From: a bacterium
GTDB lineage: Bacteria > Patescibacteriota > Microgenomatia > Curtissbacterales > GWA2-41-24
DNA: 64,000 bases
Reading direction: 5' to 3'
NCBI GenBank assembly: GCA_021813125.1
Contig: JAKALT010000004.1
Location: 7,941-71,940, forward strand
Shown: piece by piece, positions 17,557-28,400 of the stretch
How the letters are laid out: the number at the start of each line of letters is the position of its first letter
How positions within the stretch are numbered: the stretch's first letter is position 1
The notes under the pieces: model-generated
Told to the model about the DNA's origin: nothing
The model's database searches: none
Seen by the model: only the letters and a program-made list of their open reading frames with translations
Translations under genes and position numbers: made by a program

Positions 17557-20500
17557 ATGGCTGAGCGAATTGTTGCATATGATGGCCAAAACGGCTACGC
17601 TCAAGATAGAGGTTTATTTAGTATGCCAGGCAAAGAGCCAGGTGAAACTCCGCGTCCAGAAATAACTCCACCAATAAAGCAGCCAAGAGGAGAAGCGCCG
17701 CAATTACTGGGTGGAGGTTTGGTGGATGAGCTTAGGAAAATTCAGGAACAATTAGGCAGACCTGAAGACAGGGCCGAAAAGCCTGAGGCTGACGAAGGAA
17801 GCCAAGCACGTAAAAGGTACAGGAGGCGAGGCCTGGAGCCTCGAGTGCCCAATGCTCCAGCTTCCGAGCCAACGATTGTGCCTACTGCCAAGGACCCCGT
17901 AATCATTCCCAGCTTTCCACATTTCGAGAACTGCTCTTCTGAACAGATTAAGGCAACGCTTGAAAGGCACGGTGTTAAAGTAGATGTTCCTTCGGAAGAA
18001 GAGTGGCGAAAAATGAATAAGCTTGAAAAAGCCAGGTGGGCTGAAAGCCATCACATTATCAACGTGACGGCAATTCCAGACGAAGTCACTGTTGCAAAAT
18101 CAACAAAGGGCGGCATTATTATAAGCGGCTTGAGGGAAGATTCCGCTGTGAACTCGCGTTATTTGGAAGAAGTTATTAAACAGTCGGGCCTGGAATTTGA
18201 TGTCGAGTTTCCGAAGGGATTTGATGAGAAGAGCTACAAGGATAAGCTTCGTTGGTGTAAAGACCATGGCTTAAAAATTGGCCCTGCCATTGCTGGCGCC
18301 GAGGTTGTGGGTACAGCTGTCCCGGTGCCTCCGCCCGCAATGTATGACGATAACGACAAGGTCGATGTAGCGACCGCGTACAGAAGGCTTGGAAAAATAA
18401 GAGATTCGGCCGAGCGGCTTGGTGTTACCCCTAATGTAACCGATATAGATCAGCTTCAAAGCAGAATAAGAAGTATTGATGCGCAAAGGAGGATTGCAGA
18501 ACTTGGTTCCAAGGAAGAAATCGAAAATAGATTAATCGAGCTTCAGCATATTGAAGCCAGATTTGGGCCAGTCGATTTTAAGGTAAAAGGTTTTGATGAA
18601 GAACAGAAGCTTCTTTACGAGATGATGAGAGTTTCAATTAACAAAGACGGCAGAATAAACGATGTTTTAGAAACGCTCCGAAACCTTGAAATCCAAATAG
18701 ATAAGGGAGAAATTTCAGCAGACGATCCCGAATACCGTGTCTGGAGAGGATATCTTAACCATATTTTGGGTCATGTTAGAACGAGCGAGGGGATCAAGAG
18801 AAATTTTCGTTTCGTTTTTAATGCATCAAAGGCGATTGATGACTTTGCAAAAGTCAATCATGATGGAGGAACTGATGTCCTCTTGAATAGGGTTATTTCA
18901 AAAAAAGAAAGAGATGATGTCCGTGATGCAACAGATAGTATTGACGCACACTTTCAAGGGAAAGAAGCTGCGTACAAGAATCCGGGGAAGAGGGATGCGT
19001 TAAGAACTCTTTACGAAGAGGTCGACACAGCAGCTACATCTTACAGAAGTTCTATTACATACGGTAGTTTGACTGGGATGAAAGACGTCGAAACGAGATT
19101 GTTCGACGTAGAAGGGGCGCCTGTTTACGAAGCGGCCAAAAATGAGCAAGCCGGCGAAAAAGGTTTAGTCGAATGGCATGCTGTTAAGACGCTTGAGGAG
19201 ATGAACATCCAGCAGATTGGTCAAAACGAAATGGATGTACCCTTGGATTGGCATGATTCAAAACGTAACGTGGACAATAACTTAAGGTATGCCGAATCCG
19301 GCGACTTCTCGGAACAAGACCTTAGGGCAATTCAGGATAGAATCAGCAAAATCCAATCTTCGTTGGCTCAGCGTGTTAATCAGATGAAGGGTGAAAGCGA
19401 AGCTGAAAAGGAAGAAAGAGGAAATGCGGAAGATATGCTTTCTGACATTAATGACCTTAAAGACGCTGTTTTGGCAATATACGATTTGAGGCTTGCGATG
19501 GAGGGTAAGGATATGAATCCTGAGGAGGTTGTGCAGCATTTTGGGAGCCACATTTGGAAGGACACCACTTTCCAGACGTATTTCAAGCGGTTTGCTAAAG
19601 ATGAAAATAACCAAGCTTTCAGGGACGGGAAAGGAGAATTCAATATTCAAGACAGGGCAATGCAAGTACTTTTCAAACAACTAGCACAAGAGAGGCGAGA
19701 TTTGAACCTACTGGAGGCTATGACTATAGTCGATATTACAACTGAGTTTAAACCTGGCGATGCAAGGTACGCTGAGATGGCGAGAATCATGGGTAGGGGC
19801 AATAGAACTAATGCATTTTCGCCGGACGAGGTGAAAAAAATAGAAGAGTTAAGAAAAGCAATGTATAGAGGTATGGAGAAACACCATTACAATCCAGGTG
19901 ATTGGGGTCAGGGCAATAGCAGCGAGATGTTGCAGGAAACGGGCCAAATGAAGGATGTTATTAATGACTGGTACAGAAATAACACATTTCTTGGAGCTTA
20001 CGGGACTTATGAAGGGGACGACCCTAAATATCAAGGGAAACAAAATATCGATTTTTTTAGAGGCAAGTTACTAGATGATTTTGAAGCCCGGCTTGTTGCT
20101 GATGGTGTAGATAAGGGTTCTATAGCAGAATACAAAAATTCGGGTCTTTTGAATCAGGTTGTTAACAATGCTTATCACCTCTCTTTTAGTTTGGGTGCTT
20201 TTTCTGACTATGACGGAATCCGTGTCTGGGACAGGAAAGCTGTTTGGTTTACAAACGAACAGCGCGGAGAAGTTTATAGGTTAGGTTCATACGTCTTTAA
20301 CAACGGTTCCAGCTGGTTCCATGGCCGAATGGTAGACCATTATACAGAATTTTTACAGGACGAATTTCGAGGTAGGCCGAGGGATGCCAATTTTGAGTTC
20401 ACAAAAAATATGATTGGTAAGAACAGATCAGTTTTAGGGCATAACCGTCTTCTTTCCAAAATAATACTGGACAATTTAAGCCAGGGATCAGTTGATCCAA

Positions 20501-21249
20501 CCGTTAAAGATAATTTGGTTGCTGGGCATAGCGAAACAGGTGTGTCTTACGATGGTCTACTTAAGGACAAAATGAAAAACATTGAGAATGGAAAGAGGCT
20601 GGATATAGAGGATAAAGACGACAAGTCATGGTTAAGAGGAGCTTCTGTCGAAGAGCTTATGCAAGACGGTGAGTTGACTTTGGAGGAAGTAAAGTGGAGT
20701 GAAATATTCAGCCATAATGATAAAGTTGTTAAGAAATTTAACATGGGCGATTGGTGGGGAGACCGGGCGGCAGCGCACAAATATTTTAATACAGAGGCTA
20801 TGCAGCAATACTTGAAGACACCTAACACCGATTTATTTTTCAAAATGAATGAAAGTATTTTCTATTCGAAGCGGGAAATTAGAATTCAGCCCTGGATGAA
20901 GCTTGTTATACCTGCCCACCAGGATTTGGGGCGGCATTGGCAGGAATGGTGGAAGCTTCCTTATGACATGCCGCACCGCGAAATAGAGAGAGTGATTGAC
21001 AAGGCCGCTAGACTCAATATGATTCGATATGCTTATGTTAGCAACATGAGGGGTCAATACTTAGGTTGGGGGCCGTTCAGCGGTAATGATTTTTTTGGTC
21101 TGGCTATGAAGGCTAGGTTTATCGCAGAGGCTGCGGATCGAGGTGCCCGGGAAACAGGTAAAGACAGTTGGCAGATGCCATTTGGATGGGGTTATGAGAT
21201 TTTCAGACTAGCTATGCAGCAGTCACAAGCCCAGCTAGCGGGCAAATAA
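17557..21249 (+). CDS. Large (1230 aa) acidic hydrophilic hypothetical protein
   Basis: Long uninterrupted ORF with no TM segments, no P-loop and a high D/E/K/R content. It is flanked by the palindromic elements. Confidence 0.5.
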   Translation: MAERIVAYDGQNGYAQDRGLFSMPGKEPGETPRPEITPPIKQPRGEAPQLLGGGLVDELRKIQEQLGRPEDRAEKPEADEGSQARKRYRRRGLEPRVPNAPASEPTIVPTAKDPVIIPSFPHFENCSSEQIKATLERHGVKVDVPSEEEWRKMNKLEKARWAESHHIINVTAIPDEVTVAKSTKGGIIISGLREDSAVNSRYLEEVIKQSGLEFDVEFPKGFDEKSYKDKLRWCKDHGLKIGPAIAGAEVVGTAVPVPPPAMYDDNDKVDVATAYRRLGKIRDSAERLGVTPNVTDIDQLQSRIRSIDAQRRIAELGSKEEIENRLIELQHIEARFGPVDFKVKGFDEEQKLLYEMMRVSINKDGRINDVLETLRNLEIQIDKGEISADDPEYRVWRGYLNHILGHVRTSEGIKRNFRFVFNASKAIDDFAKVNHDGGTDVLLNRVISKKERDDVRDATDSIDAHFQGKEAAYKNPGKRDALRTLYEEVDTAATSYRSSITYGSLTGMKDVETRLFDVEGAPVYEAAKNEQAGEKGLVEWHAVKTLEEMNIQQIGQNEMDVPLDWHDSKRNVDNNLRYAESGDFSEQDLRAIQDRISKIQSSLAQRVNQMKGESEAEKEERGNAEDMLSDINDLKDAVLAIYDLRLAMEGKDMNPEEVVQHFGSHIWKDTTFQTYFKRFAKDENNQAFRDGKGEFNIQDRAMQVLFKQLAQERRDLNLLEAMTIVDITTEFKPGDARYAEMARIMGRGNRTNAFSPDEVKKIEELRKAMYRGMEKHHYNPGDWGQGNSSEMLQETGQMKDVINDWYRNNTFLGAYGTYEGDDPKYQGKQNIDFFRGKLLDDFEARLVADGVDKGSIAEYKNSGLLNQVVNNAYHLSFSLGAFSDYDGIRVWDRKAVWFTNEQRGEVYRLGSYVFNNGSSWFHGRMVDHYTEFLQDEFRGRPRDANFEFTKNMIGKNRSVLGHNRLLSKIILDNLSQGSVDPTVKDNLVAGHSETGVSYDGLLKDKMKNIENGKRLDIEDKDDKSWLRGASVEELMQDGELTLEEVKWSEIFSHNDKVVKKFNMGDWWGDRAAAHKYFNTEAMQQYLKTPNTDLFFKMNESIFYSKREIRIQPWMKLVIPAHQDLGRHWQEWWKLPYDMPHREIERVIDKAARLNMIRYAYVSNMRGQYLGWGPFSGNDFFGLAMKARFIAEAADRGARETGKDSWQMPFGWGYEIFRLAMQQSQAQLAGK

Positions 21250-21265
21250 TTTTCCCGATCAAGTT

Positions 21266-23707
21266 TTAGGTTGGATTAGTTTCTTCTTGACCAGGCTGAT
21301 TGCCGCGTGGTCTAGCGAAAGCATCACTTATCCTCTTCGCTTGAGTCTTTTGTTGTTGCCTTTGCATAGCCCATCTTGCCGGGTATGCGGCGGCTGTTGC
21401 ACCGGCACCTAATGCTCCACCGATTGCTGCACCGGCGTTGAGGCCGCCCGGGCCGCCTTTGGCACCCATGGCGTTTTTAACCATTTCGGCGGCTGAGGGG
21501 GTGATAAGTAAGAAACCGATGCCGATTAATTTTGGTATTTCGCCCATACCGCCGGTTAGAAGCGGGAACTGGCCAACCTGCTCCGGGGTGATGATACCTT
21601 GTCCTTGGCCGCCGAGCGCTGAAATCCCGCCTATTATTCCGGCAAGCATGAACATCAGGGCAGTTACCGGAAAGACGGCGACATTGGAAGCCATTTGTTT
21701 AAACCATTCTTTGGCACCGTTATTGCCCGGTAGGGCTTGGATAAGGAAAAAGAAAGGGGCGAATATGGTCAGAATAATGATCATGACGTAGGCCATAAGA
21801 AGCATTAAAAAGACCCTGAACATAATATACAGTATAGTGGCGCCAACGACAAGTCCTGCAATAGTGCCACCGGTCCAGCCAATTGTCTTTTCTGCAAGAT
21901 CTCCGAGGATACCTCCAGGTAATTTTAATGATCCTTCTATGACACCGTCTATTGCTTTGGCCACAGTAAAAACAACTTGCTTCCATGTATCACCCCAAAG
22001 AAGTCCGAAGACATTATGCTGAAATATAAAATCACCTGTTGTTAGAAGCCCGGTTGCGACAAGAGCGCTTATCATAATATTTAAAAACAGGAACATCAGA
22101 TCGATCATGAAGCCGGCAATGGCATAGCTGAATGTGACCAAAATAAGGGCGACGACAATTCTGGGAATAGAATCCTGGACTGTGGCAACTGCTTGGGGTG
22201 AAATGTGGGCCCTGAACATGATCATAAAGCCCATGATAACGAAGACTAGGATGAATCCGATGTAGGAAATATTGCGGAAAGCGACCCAGATTTTTTGGAC
22301 CGGCCCGAGTGCCTGGTAGCCAATACCGCCTGGGTTGTTTCCTCCGGCACCGGCAAACGCGGGTTGGACCGGGTCAAGGTCATGGATTTTTTGGGCAAAA
22401 TATGTCACCCCGGAAGCAGGCGGTGCGGCGTAAAGTGATGCTACCATGCGGCCGGACAGGGCAAGAGCCCCTTTGCCGTTTATTGATGAGATTTTGTTTA
22501 AGTGCTGGTTTTTGCTAGAGCATCCAAAGAAGCTGAAGTACAGGAAGTCGAAAGTGTCGCCCCCCTGGTTATAAGTAAAGATGTTGCTGTCATAATAACC
22601 GTTTTGAATCGCGTCGTTGTTGACTGTGTCCAGCCAGGGGTTTTTCACTATTGGGCAATTTGAGGCACCTGCAACTGTGCTTGGAATCGTGAAATGGACA
22701 ACTGTTGAAACTGCGTTGAATATAGCAAAAACGGCGGCACAATATGATCCGTTTGGAAGCGACCATGACCAATTAGTTGTTGGAGATCCGACGGCGCCTA
22801 GAGCGCCACTATCTTTAACTACCGTTCCCGTGGTGTCGTCTTCTATGATGATACCGGCATTACCTGTTGCACCCACACCGGATGGGTCGGAAAAGGCGAA
22901 GGTAACAGTGTTCCCGCTAACATTGTCGGCGATTTTCCAGTCCGTGTTGGCTGGTGTGATATTGCAGCCAGTGCCAGGGGTTGGTGTTGGAGTTGGGCCG
23001 GCGGGGCCGACGTTTAAGATGTTGCTTGAAAGTCCTGGAATTACACATTGAGTCGGTGGGCTAGTGGAATTATCCTGGACAAAGACCGTATAATTTCCGC
23101 CGCTTGCAGGGGCGGTGAATGTTAAACTTGCAGCAGGGATATTACCACTTTGAGTAGCGGGATTTGATAAAACAGTACCCGAACTATCTTTTAAACCTGC
23201 TGTAAAAGGATTTCCGCTAACACCATTTATATTTTGTATGAAGAATTGTCCACTTGGCGCTACCGATGTAGGAGTGAACGTAAAGGCACACAATGGTGCA
23301 CCACTTACAGGAACTGTAAAAATTACTTCGTTAGAAACCAATGTCAAACCGACTACTATTGAAACCTTAAATCTACCGTCAGGAGGGTGAACTGCGATAT
23401 TCCAATCCGTTGTAGAAACAGTTAATTGGGTTTTACCCAGGAGAGATACACCATGTGCGGCACTGTCGTACACAGATGGGTGTGTGGGGTCGTCCCAATC
23501 AACGATTATCAAAACTGCGGCTGATGTGCCAGGATTGTCCCATTTAATGGTTACGTTGTTTCCTGACCAGGTTGGAGGATCAACTATATTGAAAAATGCG
23601 GCATTGGAAGGTTTAGTGGCAAAGCCCGATACAAGGAAAATAAAAGCGACGACGAAAAAGGATAGTAAGTATTTAGAAAACCACGGCAGTTTTAAATTGG
23701 GCTTCAT
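21266..23707 (-). CDS. Putative VirB6/TrbL-like T4SS channel protein with an N-terminal secreted beta-rich ectodomain
   Basis: 813 aa. A signal peptide is followed by about 450 aa of T/S/G-rich Ig-like region, then at least six TM helices and a Gly/Ala-rich C-terminal tail. The architecture resembles extended VirB6 homologues. Confidence 0.45.
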   Translation of the reverse strand: MKPNLKLPWFSKYLLSFFVVAFIFLVSGFATKPSNAAFFNIVDPPTWSGNNVTIKWDNPGTSAAVLIIVDWDDPTHPSVYDSAAHGVSLLGKTQLTVSTTDWNIAVHPPDGRFKVSIVVGLTLVSNEVIFTVPVSGAPLCAFTFTPTSVAPSGQFFIQNINGVSGNPFTAGLKDSSGTVLSNPATQSGNIPAASLTFTAPASGGNYTVFVQDNSTSPPTQCVIPGLSSNILNVGPAGPTPTPTPGTGCNITPANTDWKIADNVSGNTVTFAFSDPSGVGATGNAGIIIEDDTTGTVVKDSGALGAVGSPTTNWSWSLPNGSYCAAVFAIFNAVSTVVHFTIPSTVAGASNCPIVKNPWLDTVNNDAIQNGYYDSNIFTYNQGGDTFDFLYFSFFGCSSKNQHLNKISSINGKGALALSGRMVASLYAAPPASGVTYFAQKIHDLDPVQPAFAGAGGNNPGGIGYQALGPVQKIWVAFRNISYIGFILVFVIMGFMIMFRAHISPQAVATVQDSIPRIVVALILVTFSYAIAGFMIDLMFLFLNIMISALVATGLLTTGDFIFQHNVFGLLWGDTWKQVVFTVAKAIDGVIEGSLKLPGGILGDLAEKTIGWTGGTIAGLVVGATILYIMFRVFLMLLMAYVMIIILTIFAPFFFLIQALPGNNGAKEWFKQMASNVAVFPVTALMFMLAGIIGGISALGGQGQGIITPEQVGQFPLLTGGMGEIPKLIGIGFLLITPSAAEMVKNAMGAKGGPGGLNAGAAIGGALGAGATAAAYPARWAMQRQQQKTQAKRISDAFARPRGNQPGQEETNPT

Positions 23708-23823
23708 TGCAGGCTGTCCCTCCTACGCTAAAGCTACGAAGGATAAACCTTCGCTTTTTTAGACTCGAACTAATTCCATATTAGGCAGAAGGGCTATGGG
23801 AAGTCAAATAAAGATTGGAGATT

Positions 23824-23871
23824 AAGGTCAGGCCTTTTTCCAAGTCATGGCTTAGGATAAGGCCTGACCTT
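23824..23871. repeat. Palindromic intergenic element, copy 3
   Basis: AAGGTCAGGCCTT...AAGGCCTGACCTT, perfect, lying upstream of the VirB6-like gene. Confidence 0.7.
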
Positions 23872-24059
23872 GACAAAGGAATCTTAACGACTGAAAATTA
23901 GTTAATAAATTAATATTTGGTGCGGGGAAGTGTAGTTTGAATCTACCACTGTGCCGCAAGGGTAAACAAGTCCCAGTACCGCATCAAATTTTACTAAATC
24001 CCGAGCAGGATAATCGTCTAAATAAACGACTTTAACCTTCTTGGGATCAAGGAGGTTTT

Positions 24060-25331
24060 TTGTTGAAGGAAGCAAATGTTTGTCTGTTGAAGGCCGATGA
24101 TCCCTGCTACCGGAGTGAGGTAGAAGTTGACAGGTTCTCGGTAACGCCTCTAGAACCCGATGAGGCTGACCTGGCGTTTAGGCCGTCTCTTATTAAGCAT
24201 CGCTACAGTGAATTTATAAACTACGGATTTAATGAATTCGAATCATATTGCCGTACTTATAATTTGACCAGGAGTGATTTAACTTCTTACTTTTTGGAAC
24301 AATTTGCCAAAAAAAATTTGGTTGGTTTTGAATACCATTTTGAAACGACAGATGATGGGTCGGTTAATATGGTTTCCACCCATTACGAACAGTCTGGTGA
24401 CGTCTGCGATAGCTTCGCAAGAGCTCGAGACGAAAGGCGATTGGCTGGCTTAGATTCCTCACGTGAGGAGGCAGAGCTTGAAGGTGTAAGAAAGATAAAA
24501 TCAGAACTTCTACAAGAGGGAAAAGATGCAACTGTTCTTTTGGTAAGCAGGCCTCCTGAAAAAAATCAAAACCGTCCCGGTTATGCCGGCTACAGTTTCA
24601 TTTATTTTGGAAAATACGATACCAAGACCGGAAATCTGCCAATGTATGCTTGGAGAAATTACATGACAGTAGACGAGCAAAATGAGTTACGAAGAGAATT
24701 TTTAGGCTTTGAAACAGAGAAAATGAAGGATGCAAACGATTTTTTAAGAAATCCGGCTTTTTCCTTTGGAGAGGAAGGGAATTATGCCTTTGACAGATTA
24801 AGATTTCGGGCAGGAAAAGAAGTAGCAGATCTTTACGATTACAGGTCTGAAGTTGTTGATAGAGCTGCAAAGGAGCTTGTCGATCTTGCGGAAGCAGGGG
24901 TAAGCGATTGGCGTATGAACATCGCCCAAGCAAATATCGAACTTGATTTTATTGAGGCAATTGAAGGAAAACGCAGTTTAAAGTTAGAACCTTCGTCTAA
25001 AACGGAAAGTTTTAAATCCGATGCGGAGGCTTACGGATATATGGTGGCTAGAAAGAAAGATATGGAATCAAAATATAATTTGGCTTCTTATTCGGGTGGA
25101 GGCTGTGGGCGATCAATATTTGCTTCGGTTGGCGGTGAGGCCGAAGGCGCAATAGGTTTGATACCGACACTTGCTATTTCTGATTTGCACTTAAACGGTC
25201 GGGAATATTCAGCGAATTTTAATTGCCCGAAGTGTAACGGAAAGATTATATCTGGACGAGGAATTACCACTTGTCCGCACTGTGGATTTACCAAAGAACA
25301 AGCGGCCAAAGAAATGGGAATTGCCTGCTAG
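24060..25331 (+). CDS. Hypothetical protein with a C-terminal zinc ribbon
   Basis: 423 aa. The C-terminus CPKCNGKIISGRGITTCPHCG is a CxxC...CxxC ribbon. Confidence 0.4.
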   Translation: MLKEANVCLLKADDPCYRSEVEVDRFSVTPLEPDEADLAFRPSLIKHRYSEFINYGFNEFESYCRTYNLTRSDLTSYFLEQFAKKNLVGFEYHFETTDDGSVNMVSTHYEQSGDVCDSFARARDERRLAGLDSSREEAELEGVRKIKSELLQEGKDATVLLVSRPPEKNQNRPGYAGYSFIYFGKYDTKTGNLPMYAWRNYMTVDEQNELRREFLGFETEKMKDANDFLRNPAFSFGEEGNYAFDRLRFRAGKEVADLYDYRSEVVDRAAKELVDLAEAGVSDWRMNIAQANIELDFIEAIEGKRSLKLEPSSKTESFKSDAEAYGYMVARKKDMESKYNLASYSGGGCGRSIFASVGGEAEGAIGLIPTLAISDLHLNGREYSANFNCPKCNGKIISGRGITTCPHCGFTKEQAAKEMGIAC

Positions 25332-25370
25332 GGTATTACATTTGACAAATGACGGGCAGGCCACCAGGTA

Positions 25371-25416
25371 AAGGTCAGGCCTTTGTCAAGATCAACCAAA
25401 GTTAAGGCTTGACCTT
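25371..25416. repeat. Palindromic intergenic element, copy 4, in terminator-like position between convergent genes
   Basis: AAGGTCAGGCCTT...AAGGCTTGACCTT, lying between the 423-aa gene and the metzincin gene 3' ends. Confidence 0.6.
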
Positions 25417-25435
25417 GAACAAAGGTGTCTATGAC

Positions 25436-28400
25436 TCAGGTTGATTTATTGCTGGAGAAGATTACCAGGCCTGTCCCGCAATTTGGGGCACAAACTGTTT
25501 CTTGGTAAGTTGTTGAAGGTTGGAGGCCGGTGAAGGTTGCTTGAGGCAGTGTTGAGTTGTCGTTTATAGTCTGAGTCTTGCAAAGACTTCCTGCCGCACT
25601 GCAGCTTGAAAAAGAAGCAGGGTAAACAACGGCAACGTATGACCAACCCCAAGACATCGAGGCGCTGCCGTCCGCATTGGCTCTTGTACCGCCCGATTTT
25701 ATAATGGGCCCAGTTCCGTCTGTCACTCTCACCTCAAAGATGAGTGATGAGCCAGGCCAAAAGATAAACTTCGGAGTTGAACAGGAAAGACTAGTACTTC
25801 TGCAGTCGGAAGTTTTTTTGTTTACATCAACGAAACCGGCGTAACCCCATGGTCTTCCCCAGCTGAGGTTGAGGCTTGTATTCGGAGGGGTTGGTGTAGG
25901 GGTAGGCGTTGCCTTTGGGGTAGGTGTTGGTGTGGGCTTCGGGGTTGGAGTGGGTGTGGCTTCAGGAGGCAAAGTTGGAAGCGGTGTCGGTGTAGGTGTC
26001 GGACCGGGTGTCGGGGGTGGCGTGGGTGACGTTGTCGGATTTGGTGTCATGGTTGGTTTTGGGATACAGCTGGTATCGATATTTTGATAATGCTGCAGAA
26101 CAAGAGGTTTTAAGGCCATGTCACGGACGAACATTTTGAAACAGTCGGTTGAGCCGATTAAGGGCTGTTTACCTTCGCCAGTTGTATCGCCGAGAACGTT
26201 TGAAGTTGACACACCTAAGGAGGCGCCGCCTACCTGGCCAGGGAGTTTTTTGGTGAGGCCGGAGATAATCGATTCAGCCATTAATGATGCACATGTTTTA
26301 AGGGCGGGAAGGTTCAGTAAATTATCCTCTACACATTTCTTGATCTGTGGAAAGTTGTCAGATTCCGGCAGGTTAGCCCAGTTGAGTAAGCCGCTGCAAT
26401 CTCCAGCTTTGCATTGATCCAGTAAATCTTGGAGATGTGCAGCAAGAGGGTCTTGCTGGCCTTGATTAGCGCTTTGTAAGACAAGATTGGGTGTAAAAAA
26501 CGCGTAAACACCCGGCCGGCCGGTTTTTTGAATTGAATTTGGCCCATCAATATTCTCTGCAGTGTCCGAGGCAAGGGTGTGATTCCAGATTTCACCGATC
26601 CAGGGAATCCTAAACACCGGCCAGACACTGACTGTTGCCGTACAGGTTTCTATTCCTGCTGTTATTGCACAACTATCCCACTGGCCGTTGCCGGAGGTTG
26701 GCAAATCCATTTGTTTGGAAAAGGTAAATGTAATGTTGCAGACGACGTTGGTGTTTTGGGGATCCAGCTGATTTGGGTCGTTGGCGTTTGGTTGGCTGCA
26801 GGTGCCCGCAGGAAGTTGGCCCGCCGGAACTGCACAATAGGGGGCCGTCCCGGAGCGGCCGTTTCCGAGCACTTTTACGCATGTAGGATCAGAAGCAGCG
26901 TAGGCATTTTTGATCGGGTGGATGTTTTCGATTTGCAGGTAGCTGACGACCTTTTTTAAGGCTTTGGTTAGCGGGTTTTGGGAGGCCAGGAAAACGCATC
27001 TTTTGATGATTTTAGCGAGTACGTTTTGGGTGCCTTGAGTTGAGGCTTGAAGGATCAGGTTGTTTTGGGTAGACTGCGCGATTTTAGGGGCAAGCATCAT
27101 ATTGGTTATGCCGGTTGTGGCAGCAGCGCGGAAAGTGTCGGGCATAATGAAGGTAATTGGCGGTCTGGAGTCAAATGGCACTGGGCATGTTCCTCCATTT
27201 TTAATTTGCGTTATCATGTCGCTTCCAACACCTACTTTAAATTCCAGTTTTCCCTCGTAGTATTCGTTGTAGGCTGTTGGAATTTTTACCCAATAAGGCC
27301 CCCATGTTGACTGGAAATTAGCTGAATCTGGGTTTGGGGCCCCCCATTTTTGGACCATGTCATAGATTGTATGAGGGTTCAGGCCGTTAACATCGGTTAT
27401 GATACTTGTCGATTCGGCCAAAGTAGGCTTGTTGTAAACGTAGTTGACGTATTTGACTCTCAACTGGTTGGTCAAGACTTTTGAGCCCGCTTTTTGATTG
27501 GGGCCAAAAAAGTTGTCACGGTCTTCGGTTGTTACTGAGGTTAAAGGAGCTTGTTGGTGGTTTGGGTCCTGATAACGGCCTTCTGTGTAATTTGAATTAT
27601 TGTCGGCAAAAATTGCCTGCAGTTTGGACATGTCGAGGGTGAAGGTGAATTGTTTATTTGGAGGGTCTGTAACAGCTGTAACGGTTGAGCCGGGAGCGCC
27701 GGTACCTTTGATGGTAAATGTGAAGTTAGGGTCTTGAGGGTTGCCCTTGTCGTCTGTAATGTAATGGTCTGTCAGGTTATCGGTTTGAACTGCGTTACTG
27801 CAAGCTTCGGGTTTAGGTGGTGGGGGAGGCGTGGGGGTAGGATTAGGCGTTGGTGTGGGAGGTGTGCTAGAAAGTGTGATTCTAACCGCATTGGAAATTT
27901 GGGCTGTGAAGTAGGTTAAGGCTGCACAGAAAGTTCCGTTATAACCATTCCATATTTGCGAGTTGCCGCTTACATGGATATTCCCGCCGGTAGCCGGCAG
28001 TCCGGTATTAGCATCAATTATATTTAAATAAACTTCTTGAGATGAGAGTATTGGGAGGCTTAAAGAGCCGTTTTCAAAGGTGAAATTAGCGTTTGTGCCA
28101 CTTATTGATGGTGGATCTTTGAGCTTATACTGACCTGTGTTTATTTGGTTACACTCACCGGGAGGTGGCGGACCACCGATAGTGAAATTTGGTGTTTTTG
28201 CAAGGACAGAAAAGCCGTAAACCAACCCTCCGCAGTATGTACCTGGCGGCGCACTGTTCCAAATTGTTGTGTTTGGCGAGCCGATGGGTAGCGGACCTGA
28301 GTCGAAGGCGGGTGGCACGGTGAAGTCACAGTTGGGTGCTGCCCAAACCCCGAAGTTACCATTGGGAGGTGTATGGGAAAAGGTAACAGTGTTGCCGCTA

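Noticed and set aside
25869-26087. 72-aa ORF composed of GVGVGV repeats
   Set aside because: It is the antisense reading of the PTPTPT linker region of the 1601-aa metzincin gene. It is a low-complexity artefact.
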